Positions 17,489 to 26,806 are shown, counted from the stretch's first letter. The stretch: DNA of 64,000 nt from Candidatus Zixiibacteriota bacterium (GCA_034439475.1 JAWXAN010000070.1:26906-90905), one strand, 5' to 3'. Notes: a model not told the origin generated them from the sequence alone. Numbers and translations are program-made.

Positions 17489-18991
17489 CTAAAATCGATG
17501 GCCGACAGAAATAATGGTTTCAAAACCCCGCGCGCCGTATGTGCCCGGGAAATTGTCATTGATTCCATCGTTATCAAGATCGATGAAACCGGAAATAGTC
17601 TGGTCTGGAAAATCTGTGAAACTTGTGACGAGGCCGAAATCCCAGCGCGAGAGATGGAACAGTCCGCCAAGATTAACTGTCAGCTTGTTACCGGTATCTA
17701 CAAATTGCGGTTTGACCGCAATTCCTTCGCGCGCAACTGACTGATCAAGTGATGCGCCGGCCATGATGGTAAGCAAATTGTTCAATTTATAATTGAGCCC
17801 CGCCATAATTTTTCCTGAGTTATTCCACTCGACTGGAGATGAAAGGTCAGAGGTGAAAAATTCAGGGGTGGAGTCGATAGCTCGGTATTCAGAAATACGT
17901 GGGTAGGAAAAATCTGCATATTCGAATTCAAGACCATTGTATTTAGACCAAAGCGTATATTCGACATCAAAAGCCACATTCAGCTTTTCGTTGACATTAT
18001 AGGCAATTCCAGCGGCAAGCGATGTCGGCAGTTTGAGGGTTGTTTCGAAATTGGCCGAGATGGGAACGAGGCTTCCGTTGGTGAAAAGAAACTCTTCGCT
18101 GCCGGGCTGATACTGCGGTGAGAGAAAGGTATTGCGCGGCATCAGGAAACTCAGGGTCGACTCACCGCTTATTTTAATATCAAAAGGAATCTTGACTGTT
18201 GCCGCGACATTCATCTTAGGGGTGACCTTCATCATCATACCGGCATTGATGCCGAACCCCCAGCCGCGACCGTCGTTGGAACTGAATTCAGGCACCAAAT
18301 CTCGAGGCCGATCGGAAACCGGCGAGGCGAGTGGATTATTCCGGAAGGTAAGGTCGTTAAAGACAAGGTCTCCGCGAAGCAACTGGAGGCCGAGTCCAAT
18401 AGAGAGTTTATCAGGAATGAACTCTCTGGCCGCGGTTAACTGAAAAGCGACAACGTCCAGATTGTTACTGAACTGCGAGGTCGGAATATCAAGTCGGTTT
18501 GTGTCGGCACCGTTTAATTGGACAAGGTCGTTGTAGGCCTCAGGCGGGGTATAGAGATTCCAGGAGATGTTATAGTCAAATGGCTCGAAAGCCGAAAGCC
18601 CAAAAACGGTCTCCTGCCATACCGGAAATCTTAGAAGAAAACCGGCTGAGGGAATATTGAGAATCTCATGGGAATTGTTGACCTGATGGTCATTGAAAAC
18701 ACCCGTTTCTACGCGATTTCCGAAATTATCACGGTATCCGTAATTCGGGGTGAGTTCATGCCGCAAATAAGGAAACGCCCAGTTGAGCCCGAGCTGGTTG
18801 TCCGGGATGAAGGCATATCCAGCCGGATTATAGTATGCGGCTGTCCAGTCATTTGCAGTGGCTCGAAAAGCCTCGCCCATACCCTTGGATGTAGCGCCAA
18901 CACTTGTATTCTGAAAACCGGCGGCAGAAACCTGCAAGCAGGCAAAAAGCCCAAGAGACAAACCAAGCACTGTAAATTTAATCATCCCCAT
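17489..18991 (-). CDS. FadL/OMPP1-family outer-membrane transport protein
   Basis: A signal peptide MGMIKFTVLGLSLGLFACLQVSA is followed by AGFQNTSVGATSKGMGEAFRATANDWTAAYYNPAGYAF (compare FadL AGFQLNEFSSSGLGRAY..A.ADDA....NPA). The C-terminus ends in ...VGHRF. The ORF track extends to 19135, but the ATG at 18991 or 18985 fits the signal peptide. Confidence 0.75.
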   Translation of the reverse strand: MGMIKFTVLGLSLGLFACLQVSAAGFQNTSVGATSKGMGEAFRATANDWTAAYYNPAGYAFIPDNQLGLNWAFPYLRHELTPNYGYRDNFGNRVETGVFNDHQVNNSHEILNIPSAGFLLRFPVWQETVFGLSAFEPFDYNISWNLYTPPEAYNDLVQLNGADTNRLDIPTSQFSNNLDVVAFQLTAAREFIPDKLSIGLGLQLLRGDLVFNDLTFRNNPLASPVSDRPRDLVPEFSSNDGRGWGFGINAGMMMKVTPKMNVAATVKIPFDIKISGESTLSFLMPRNTFLSPQYQPGSEEFLFTNGSLVPISANFETTLKLPTSLAAGIAYNVNEKLNVAFDVEYTLWSKYNGLEFEYADFSYPRISEYRAIDSTPEFFTSDLSSPVEWNNSGKIMAGLNYKLNNLLTIMAGASLDQSVAREGIAVKPQFVDTGNKLTVNLGGLFHLSRWDFGLVTSFTDFPDQTISGFIDLDNDGINDNFPGTYGARGFETIISVGHRF

Positions 18992-19415
18992 ATACTTCTC
19001 CACTGAGTCTATAAGACATATAACAACTCCCAACCTATTAACCGAAAACCTTGGGCAGCCTCGAGAATGGCGGCCGCTTATCATTTCATAACCTAAGTCG
19101 ATACATATAGACGCAGTCACCTGGGCATACGTCAAAATCAGAATTCTAAAGTAAATAATCCGTCGGGCAAAGTCAAGAGGACATCGCTTTTCGATACCCT
19201 AACTTCCGAATCATTGGCGTCGAGTCTGCTCTTTGAAGAGGGGCCTTGGCAGTCTGACAGGAGACCGAGAGTAAATTTGTTAACTGAAATAAGGAAAAAA
19301 AGACCATCCCATCCGGAAGAGCTTGCCTGTTTTGTATTAGGATAATCCATCTCAGTGATATTAAGGTCCGCGTATAGCCTTGTCTTCTATTGACTTCTGA
19401 AGCCGCCGCAGAGCT

Positions 19416-19431
19416 TGGCATTCTCCTTGCA
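19416..19431 (+). promoter_or_regulatory. Sigma-54 (-24/-12) promoter TGGCAT-N5-TTGCA
   Basis: The sequence ttGGcattctccttGCa keeps the exact GG-N10-GC spacing, 81 nt upstream of the ATG at 19512. Confidence 0.65.
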
Positions 19432-19511
19432 CTATGTTGGTTTAGCCCTCAAGGAAGGGGCTAAAGGATAAATGTGAGAATAGAGAAATTGTCAAAGGAA
19501 GGTAAAAGACA

Positions 19512-21878
19512 ATGAAAAGGATTTTTCTGCTGTTACTACTGGTCATTGTGCTGGTATCATTGAATTGGTTCAAAGAGCTCTTTGCGCAGGACCTGTCATC
19601 GCTTTCGGCGGCTGAAAAGGAAGCATACGTAAAAAAGTATCAAAGTTCGCTTTCACAAGCCAAACCTGAGAACAACTCCTACAAAACCGCTTCGATCTAT
19701 GACTCAACCGTAGAAACAAAATTGCCAGTCGTCTCCGAGCGAGTGTTCAATGGCGCAGGTCAGGGGAAAAATCTGTCTGATTCCAGCAACCAAACTGTCA
19801 CAGAATCAGCCAATCTGACAGACCAAAAAGAGGGTGTATTGCGTCCGTTTGGAACTGAACTTTTCAACGCCCCGTTTGAGAGCGCCCCACCTAATGATAT
19901 TGCATCGTCACCTGATTATATTCTTGGTCCCGGCGATAATGTCATTATCTATCTGTGGGGAAGAGTTGAAAAAGAATTCAATCTCACTATAGATAGGGAA
20001 GGAAAAATTTTCATCCCTAAAGTCGGCGAAGTTCTGGCCTATGGTATGTCGCTTGCTGATTTCAAAACGAGTGTGCGACGACAGCTCAGCGAAGTCTATA
20101 CCGAGTTTGACCTCAATGTCTCGTTAGGCAAAATACGCTCAATACGTATCTATCTGACAGGCGAAGTGAATCGTCCCGGGGCATACACGGTCTCTTCATT
20201 GACCTCGCTCTTTAACGCCCTATTTCTTGCCGGCGGTCCCAATGAACATGGTTCCATGCGGGCAATACGGCTGATGAGAAACGGGGTCAAGGTCAAAGAG
20301 ATTGACCTCTATAAATTTTTACTCGAAGGTGACAATAGCCTCGATACCAGACTTGAGTCTGGCGACGCAATCTTTGTCCCGGTCTCAGGCGCTCGTGTGG
20401 CGGTCTCTGGAAAAGTTATACGCCCCGCCCTCTATGAACTCAGAGGAGGTGAGACAGCCCTTCAAGTTCTCGCTTTGGCGGGCAATGCCACAGCCGATGC
20501 TCACCTTGACCGTGTGATGCTCGAGCGCATTGCCGATCGCGATGAATGGGAAGTCATTGATTTAAATCTCAGATCCGACAGTGCCGGAGGAGTAAGCGAC
20601 CTTGAACTGCTTGACGGTGACAAACTGACCATTTTTTCTGTTTTTGAATCAAAGAATAATATGGTCTCCATTGGCGGGATGGTCAAACATCCCGGCTATT
20701 TTGAACGGAATGACTCCACTCGGATATCCGACCTGCTTGGCCGGTCGATACTTCAGCCCTATGATGTCCATTTTGAGCGCGCAAATCTTTTCCGACGCCA
20801 CACCGACGGTAGCCGCGAAGTCGTACCTGTAAATTTGACTGCCATTCTGGCTGGCAATTCTGAACAGAACATCATTCTCAGAGATCGTGATTCATTGCAT
20901 GTCTACTCGATGTCCGAAGTCACCCGCGAAAAATATGTCCAGATCGAGGGAGAAGTTCACAACCCCGGTAAATATCCCCTCTATGCCGACATGACCGTGA
21001 ACGACCTCGTCTTCCTCGCCGGCTCTTTCACACGCGGAGCCTCGCGGCTTCAAGCTGAAATAGGGCGGGTTGATGTCAGCGGCGAGGTGTCATTGCAGTA
21101 TATCAGCCTAAATAGCGAACAAGTGTCACTGGTAAAATTAGAACAAGATGATCGTGTCTACATCAGACAGATTCCGCAATGGCGCGTCCACCGCACCGTT
21201 GTCTTGGAGGGAGAGGTTAACTATCCCGGCGAATATCTTTTGAGCGGGGAACAGGAAACGCTCTACGACTTGCTTCTTCGTGCCGGTGGCTTCAGCCCAA
21301 GTTCATTCCCGAAAGGGACGATTTTCGAACGGAAAACAATAAGCAATAACCTTGACCGACTCCGTGTTCCCAGTCTGCTTGTCAAATCAAGCCCGATGGT
21401 AAAAGACTCGCTGGGCAATATTTCGAGAATCAAACCTTTTGAATACGACCCAAGCTCGGTCAATAGACTCGTTATAAATATGGATCAGATTGTAGCGAGC
21501 GAAGGCAAAATCGGCAATGTTGTCCTTGAGCCGGGCGATTATATCTATATTCCGGCGACTCCAAGCGGTATTTCGGTACTTGGGGCAGTTTCCTCCGATG
21601 GAACCATAAAGTATCAGGAAAAAAAGAATGTCAGCTTCTACATCAAACAAGCCGGCAATTTTTCTTTTCAGGCCGATAAAAAAGGGACAAATCTCATCAA
21701 GGCAAATGGCTCGGTCTATTCCGGCTCAGGCGCCCTCGGTAAACGCGTAGAGCCCGGCGATGTCATTGTTGTTCCGACCAAAATTCAGACGAGCAGAGAT
21801 TGGACTAAAACACTTACGGCGGTGGTGACCACGACCGCAGGACTTCTAACTACAATACTCTTAATAGATAAACTTTAG
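19512..21878 (+). CDS. Polysaccharide export protein (Wza-like Poly_export domain plus multiple SLBB domains)
   Basis: 788 aa with a signal peptide and DYILGPGDNVIIYLWGRVEKEFNLTIDREGKIFIPKVGEVLAYGMSLADF. Repeated G.V..PG.Y.L....TL.DLL..AGG units follow, and there is a C-terminal hydrophobic helix. Confidence 0.85.
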   Translation: MKRIFLLLLLVIVLVSLNWFKELFAQDLSSLSAAEKEAYVKKYQSSLSQAKPENNSYKTASIYDSTVETKLPVVSERVFNGAGQGKNLSDSSNQTVTESANLTDQKEGVLRPFGTELFNAPFESAPPNDIASSPDYILGPGDNVIIYLWGRVEKEFNLTIDREGKIFIPKVGEVLAYGMSLADFKTSVRRQLSEVYTEFDLNVSLGKIRSIRIYLTGEVNRPGAYTVSSLTSLFNALFLAGGPNEHGSMRAIRLMRNGVKVKEIDLYKFLLEGDNSLDTRLESGDAIFVPVSGARVAVSGKVIRPALYELRGGETALQVLALAGNATADAHLDRVMLERIADRDEWEVIDLNLRSDSAGGVSDLELLDGDKLTIFSVFESKNNMVSIGGMVKHPGYFERNDSTRISDLLGRSILQPYDVHFERANLFRRHTDGSREVVPVNLTAILAGNSEQNIILRDRDSLHVYSMSEVTREKYVQIEGEVHNPGKYPLYADMTVNDLVFLAGSFTRGASRLQAEIGRVDVSGEVSLQYISLNSEQVSLVKLEQDDRVYIRQIPQWRVHRTVVLEGEVNYPGEYLLSGEQETLYDLLLRAGGFSPSSFPKGTIFERKTISNNLDRLRVPSLLVKSSPMVKDSLGNISRIKPFEYDPSSVNRLVINMDQIVASEGKIGNVVLEPGDYIYIPATPSGISVLGAVSSDGTIKYQEKKNVSFYIKQAGNFSFQADKKGTNLIKANGSVYSGSGALGKRVEPGDVIVVPTKIQTSRDWTKTLTAVVTTTAGLLTTILLIDKL

Positions 21879-21928
21879 AGCTTCACACAACGATTTCAGC
21901 TTCCTTTTCTTATCTCACCTTCCTTAAA

Positions 21929-21970
21929 ATCACCGGAGGCTCTCTACCAGCCTCCGGTGATGATAGTTTT
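21929..21970 (+). terminator. Rho-independent terminator after the export gene
   Basis: ATCACCGGAGGCT-ctctacc-AGCCTCCGGTGAT followed by gatagtttt. The 13-bp stem is strong but the T-tract is weak. Confidence 0.6.
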
Positions 21971-22114
21971 GGGAATAGATTTCCTGAACTGGGGAAAGAA
22001 GGTCTCGCTCAGGCGAAATTTCTTCTGTGCGTTAGAACATTTTGTCGGTCGTGCGGCCTGTTAACTCATTTTATTCCATAGCCTTACTGTGTGATGTTCG
22101 ATTTCTGATCATCT

Positions 22115-22130
22115 CGGCACCTTCCTTGCA
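22115..22130 (+). promoter_or_regulatory. Sigma-54-like promoter CGGCAC-N5-TTGCA
   Basis: The sequence cGGcaccttccttGCa keeps GG-N10-GC, 59 nt upstream of the 22189 start. Confidence 0.5.
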
Positions 22131-22188
22131 ATTACCAAGTCAGCCGACCTAAAACAAAAGATAGAATCGGCCTCGCTCAACGGCGAGA

Positions 22189-23292
22189 GTGATGAGTAAG
22201 AAGAAGGAAAAAAGAATGAAAACTATTGAGAACCTACAGTTTCGCACGGCCGAAGAGTCACTGCAGCATATTCTTCCGCTTTTAGGCACACAGTTCAAAG
22301 TCGAGCCGAATTCGCTTTTGGTCTATAACGATTCGACCGATTTCATGACGGCCCTGCTGGCTGTCTGGAATGAACCTTCGACCAAGCTTGTTGTTGCGGG
22401 TCATTGCACACCCGATCTGGCAATCTCGGCCGACCGGGCCGGAATTGAAATAATTGAAGCGTTGTCTCTGTCCCCCTTTTCCGGTGATGTTGAAGCCGTC
22501 CTCTCCCAAATCGAAAGATCCGAAGACATTGTTTTCATTGCCAATCCTAACCGTCTGACTGGCTCCTCTTTTTCAATGGCTGATATTGAGCAGTTCGCAC
22601 AAGCCGTGCCTCGTGGACTGGTTATTATAGATGAATACTATATCGATTACTTCGGGGCGACCGCACTGCCTTTGCTCCAACAATACACCAATCTCGTGAT
22701 TCTGAGAAGCTTACACGGCCATACTACAGCCATTTCCCATGCAGCAGGAGTGCTTATTGGCAGCGCTTCGACGATGCGAAAGATTAGGAATGAAATTCGC
22801 CTGGAAAAAATTTCCAGTCAAACCATTGCTCTTGCAGCCAAAGCGATCGAAGCTGGATCAAGTGTTGCAGAACAGGTCATTTCGACACATGAGGAAATGC
22901 TTCGCATTGCCACCGTTTTAACAAAGCTTGGTGTACACTATCGTCTTGTCGCAACAGACTTTATGCTTATCCGGGTTGCCCAGCCGATTCAGGCCGGCAA
23001 CTGGCTTGTTCGGGAAGGAGTCAATTTCGAGAATCTCGACGGCTATCCCGGCCTTGAAGGTTATCTCAGATATTCAATCCACTCCGTCAATATGAATGCT
23101 CTACTCACGCGGGCCTTTCAATCAATGCCGAAAGAGTCTTATGCCATTAATCGAATGGACAATCGGCCGGTCACACTTCGCAAGGGCACCAGCGAATCTG
23201 AGCCAATGCCTATGGCCAAAGAGTCAGTTTTTGATGTGCGGAGGGTCTCTGTGTATCGGGCGGATAAAAATGCCAAGGTTGAAATTTCATGA
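22189..23292 (+). CDS. HisC-like class I/II aminotransferase-fold protein lacking the PLP-binding lysine
   Basis: IANPNRLTG, VIIDEYYIDYF and LVILRSLHGHTTAISHAAGVLIG align with HisC NPNNPTG, VADEAYIEF and [20 protein letters not shown]. The SK position reads HG (22708-22722). Confidence 0.6.
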   Translation: MMSKKKEKRMKTIENLQFRTAEESLQHILPLLGTQFKVEPNSLLVYNDSTDFMTALLAVWNEPSTKLVVAGHCTPDLAISADRAGIEIIEALSLSPFSGDVEAVLSQIERSEDIVFIANPNRLTGSSFSMADIEQFAQAVPRGLVIIDEYYIDYFGATALPLLQQYTNLVILRSLHGHTTAISHAAGVLIGSASTMRKIRNEIRLEKISSQTIALAAKAIEAGSSVAEQVISTHEEMLRIATVLTKLGVHYRLVATDFMLIRVAQPIQAGNWLVREGVNFENLDGYPGLEGYLRYSIHSVNMNALLTRAFQSMPKESYAINRMDNRPVTLRKGTSESEPMPMAKESVFDVRRVSVYRADKNAKVEIS

Positions 23293-24899
23293 CTCCTCCG
23301 GCGACAACCGCTGCCCCAGTCATGGATGAAATCGGTATCGGTTTAGAGGGTGAAATGGTACGCGAATCGATCACTGTTGAGGAAGTTGAGACCCCTTCAC
23401 ACACAGAAACCTCCATAAATAAAATCCGAAGTTCGGTTCAGGTCGAAATTGAATCGTCGACCTCTCGCTCGGCAAACTTCGAAAGAAAGAAAAATTTTCT
23501 GTTGGCATTTGCCGGACAGACAGGCGAAACGATTGTCGCAACGGCTTCTCTTATAACAGCTTTGCTTTTAACTTCAAACTGGCAGAGCTGGATGATGCAA
23601 GCGTTGATGGTCGGGATTGCTATTCGAGTAGGCTACTATATTACTCGCGGTCCCCAGCCTGCGCTCACTTTTTCACGGATTCGAAAGAGATTGGGCTGGC
23701 TGTTTGCGGATGAGGCAAAACTGAGTCTTGCATTTCTGGCCACGAGCTATCTTTTTGTCTGGCCGATTGATAGAACGGCAGTGGGACTTTTTATTCTTTT
23801 AAACCTTGCTTCACAATTAATATTGTATAACATTGCAAAAGTAATTTTGGATTACGTTCGTCGTCAACGGAACACTTTTGGTCTGCGAGCGAAAGGATTG
23901 CCCGACCAATTCTCTTCCGTCAGGAAGGTTCTCATCGTTGGGACAGGCGTTCAAGGAAGAACAGTTGCCGATATGATTTTTGATTCTCCAGAACTAAAAA
24001 CGGATGTCACCGGTTTTGTTGATTTTCATCAGACCGGATTGTGGCGCTATCGGGATATCCCGCTTGCCGGACATCCTGATAATCTGGTCAAAATTATCGA
24101 GAAGGATCGGGCTGACGCTATTTTTGTGGCTGTTGAGCCGCAGGATCTCCCGCGCTCTCGCGCGCTTTTCGAAGCGGCTGAGAGAATGGGAGTGAGCCTT
24201 TTTGTCATGCCTGAGTTGTTCAAGCCACAGATAGCAGTTCCACGTTCAACTTATATAAATGGTTTGCCGGCATTTCTGTATCGTTCCGCGCCCACCAATC
24301 AGATTGCGCTTTTGGCCAAGGCTTTAGTCGATCGTATAGGTTCCGCCATTAGTCTGATGCTGCTGTCTCCGATTCTGTTGCTGATTGCGGCTGTTATTAA
24401 AATCGACAGCTGCGGGCCGATTTTTTTCAAGCAGGTCAGGGTCGGCCTCAACGGACGGCCGTTTATGCTCTATAAATTCAGGAGCATGTGCACCGATGCG
24501 GAGCAGAAGAAAGATGACCTGCTTGACCAAAATGAGATGTCAGGACCCGTGTTCAAAATTAAGGAGGATCCGCGAGTAACAAGACTCGGGAAATATCTCC
24601 GGGGATTTTCAATTGATGAGCTCCCTCAGCTTATCAATGTTTTCCGGGGCGAGATGTCTCTTGTCGGTCCCAGACCCGCGCTTCCGAACGAGGTGCGCAA
24701 CTTTGAGCCGTGGCATCGCCGCAAACTCTCTGTAAAACCCGGCATGACTTGTATCTGGCAAGTCAGCGGACGAAATGCGATTGATTTTGACAATTGGATG
24801 AGACTCGACCTTGAATATATCGACCGCTGGTCGCTCTGGCTTGACGCAAAGCTGATTATGAAAACTATCCCGACCGTGATTAAAGGGACCGGGATGTAG
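23289..24899 (+). CDS. Polyprenyl-phosphate glycosyl-1-phosphate transferase (WbaP/EpsB-type priming sugar transferase)
   Basis: The C-terminal bacterial sugar-transferase domain is present: SPILLLIAAVIKIDSCGPIFFKQVRVGLNGRPFMLYKFRSM...DPRVTRLGKYLRGFSIDELPQLINVFRGEMSLVGPRP. TM segments lie upstream. The start overlaps the previous gene (ATGA). Confidence 0.9.
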   Translation: MTPPATTAAPVMDEIGIGLEGEMVRESITVEEVETPSHTETSINKIRSSVQVEIESSTSRSANFERKKNFLLAFAGQTGETIVATASLITALLLTSNWQSWMMQALMVGIAIRVGYYITRGPQPALTFSRIRKRLGWLFADEAKLSLAFLATSYLFVWPIDRTAVGLFILLNLASQLILYNIAKVILDYVRRQRNTFGLRAKGLPDQFSSVRKVLIVGTGVQGRTVADMIFDSPELKTDVTGFVDFHQTGLWRYRDIPLAGHPDNLVKIIEKDRADAIFVAVEPQDLPRSRALFEAAERMGVSLFVMPELFKPQIAVPRSTYINGLPAFLYRSAPTNQIALLAKALVDRIGSAISLMLLSPILLLIAAVIKIDSCGPIFFKQVRVGLNGRPFMLYKFRSMCTDAEQKKDDLLDQNEMSGPVFKIKEDPRVTRLGKYLRGFSIDELPQLINVFRGEMSLVGPRPALPNEVRNFEPWHRRKLSVKPGMTCIWQVSGRNAIDFDNWMRLDLEYIDRWSLWLDAKLIMKTIPTVIKGTGM

Positions 24900-24978
24900 G
24901 TTGTATCATCGAGAACAGTCATGCACTGGCTGTTCTCAAAAATCTGCGCCGTGCGCAATGTGTCATTTTCTTCGACCC

Positions 24979-26445
24979 ATGAGACATTACCCTTCAACTT
25001 TTTTGCTCGTACTAATTGCCGCTTCGGCATTAAAACCAATTAGCGCTTCCGCTGGCGGAGTGTTGCCGCTTGGGCAGGCTGAATATAACTTTATTTATGA
25101 CCGTCTTGAGAGACACGAAATATTTGCTTTGGACCGCTATGATTACCAGTGTGGACCATACCTCTGCAGCGACATAGACTGCTCCGTAGCGCCGTTTGCT
25201 GACATCCAAAATGTGCCTGCATCGAGACTGTCGCTGTTTGGTTTTATCGACGAAGATTTCCGATCAGGGAGATTTAGCCGACCGCAGGGTTTTGAGCGAA
25301 TGAGGGGGGGGGGCTCAGGCGAACCATTGAATAATTTATTTATCTACTCAGCTTTTGTGCTCGACGAACGGCGTGCCCGCGATGAAAAGTATCGTGGCAA
25401 AAAGTGGCGAGGGTTCGCTGGAGATGTCGAATATGCTTTCGGCAGTTATCAGACAAATCGTGTCCATCTTCTCGTGGGGCGTTTTTCCCAATTCTGGGGA
25501 GAGCGGCAATCATTGTTTCTATCGCCTGAGCGCAAACTCGACGGCTTTGCCTATGCCTTAAAATGGGGGAACTTGACAGTTTCATATCGCTTGGCGCGTC
25601 TCGACGGTTTGAACACCGATATTGATGCAGTCGCGCAATTTGAGAATCGGTATTTCGCTGGACATCGTTTGGATATGCATTTTAGTCCTCAGTTTCGACT
25701 CGGATTGATTGAAACAGTTATTTTCGGCGGTGTAGGACGACAGCTTGATCTGTTTTATCTCAATCCGATTATTTTCTATCATGGCTCGCAGTTGAATGAG
25801 GATGTCAATGACAACACGCTGCTTGGGTTTGACTTTACCTACAAACCTGCGCGGGGATATAAATTCTTCGGCCAGTTGCTTATCGATGATATTCAGCTTG
25901 ATAATAAGTCGCGCGGAGACAAAGAGCCGACTGAGATGGGAATCTTGTTAACCGGATATATCGCCGATGTTTTACCTTCATACGATCTCACCATGGATTA
26001 CAGTAGGGTCACAAACTGGACATTTAATCAGATTGCTCCGAGAAACAGATACACAATCGATAATAATCTCATCGGAGCCGCGCTTGGCAACGACTATGAC
26101 CTGAGCACAATCTCGCTCACACGCTGGTTTGGGACATCAGTAAATAGCTCACTCACATTTCGATATCTCCGTCAGGGCGAAGGAAGTATCGATGCGATCT
26201 GGAGCGAACCCTGGATTACAGCCGAAGGAGCCTATACCGAACCGTTTCCAACCGGGGTCGTTGAAAAGATTGCAATTGTTTCAGCGGGCTTGAAAGGCTT
26301 TGTAAAGACCTTTGGATTTTTCGATATTGAAACCGGCATAGAGCAGATAAGAAATCAGGGGCATGTGAACGGCAAAGAACAAACTGTGCCGTTTTTCCAG
26401 TTGAAGATTTCGACATTTTTTTCAAAGATAATTTCCATAGAGTAA
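24979..26445 (+). CDS. Outer-membrane protein, probably capsule-assembly Wzi-like
   Basis: The signal peptide starts at MRHYPSTFLLVLIAASALKPISASA. LPLGQAEYNFIYDRLERHEI resembles Wzi-family N-termini, and long beta-rich repeats follow. Its position in the EPS cluster fits this call. The ORF-track start at 24901 is a TTG. Confidence 0.5.
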   Translation: MRHYPSTFLLVLIAASALKPISASAGGVLPLGQAEYNFIYDRLERHEIFALDRYDYQCGPYLCSDIDCSVAPFADIQNVPASRLSLFGFIDEDFRSGRFSRPQGFERMRGGGSGEPLNNLFIYSAFVLDERRARDEKYRGKKWRGFAGDVEYAFGSYQTNRVHLLVGRFSQFWGERQSLFLSPERKLDGFAYALKWGNLTVSYRLARLDGLNTDIDAVAQFENRYFAGHRLDMHFSPQFRLGLIETVIFGGVGRQLDLFYLNPIIFYHGSQLNEDVNDNTLLGFDFTYKPARGYKFFGQLLIDDIQLDNKSRGDKEPTEMGILLTGYIADVLPSYDLTMDYSRVTNWTFNQIAPRNRYTIDNNLIGAALGNDYDLSTISLTRWFGTSVNSSLTFRYLRQGEGSIDAIWSEPWITAEGAYTEPFPTGVVEKIAIVSAGLKGFVKTFGFFDIETGIEQIRNQGHVNGKEQTVPFFQLKISTFFSKIISIE

Positions 26446-26489
26446 GATAAAACTTCACTCTGTCTTCGTGGCGATTCTTCGGGCCAGAG

Positions 26490-26806
26490 AAGGATGCTGT
26501 CAGGCGAGGGCGCCTGACAGCACAGCATCTCAGTTCATCGTCTCTTTGTCTGGTAGCGCGGGTCATTCTTATGCCCCGCGGGTCTTTTTTCGTCTCCAAA
26601 ATTTAATTAGCCCTCACCGCGTCCTCTCACAGCAGGGAAAGAGAAGATCACACCGCAAGCAGTGTGGTACAAGATTAAAGAGAAGATGGACCCCAGCTTT
26701 CCTGCCACAGCGGTCAGGCGCTTGGGTGACACTATGTATGTGGGTGACATTTTAACATCGTCATTGCGAGTCCCGATTCTGAGAGGGACGTGGCAATCTC
26801 ATGTTC
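26490..26806. repeat. Mosaic intergenic hairpin-repeat cluster 2
   Basis: Contains the hairpin GCTGTCAGGCG-aggg-CGCCTGACAGC (about 26495-26520), GATCACACCGCAAGCAGTGTGGTACAAG (26646-26673) and CGTCATTGCGAG-hairpin-GTGGCAATCTCAT (26759-26802). Confidence 0.8.
26557..26590 (+). terminator. Possible terminator downstream of the Wzi-like gene
   Basis: CGCGGG-12 nt loop-CCCGCG, then ggtc and T6. The stem is short and a spacer precedes the T-run. Confidence 0.35.

Noticed and set aside
18992-19135. N-terminal extensions offered by the ORF track, for example the FadL-like gene to 19135, the T9SS protein to 41668, NfeD from 32341, the Trx-like gene from 30486 and the operon gene 2 from 59042
   Set aside because: The extensions lack signal-peptide logic and RBS support. 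Internal ATGs preceded by Shine-Dalgarno-like sequences give canonical signal peptides or domain starts.
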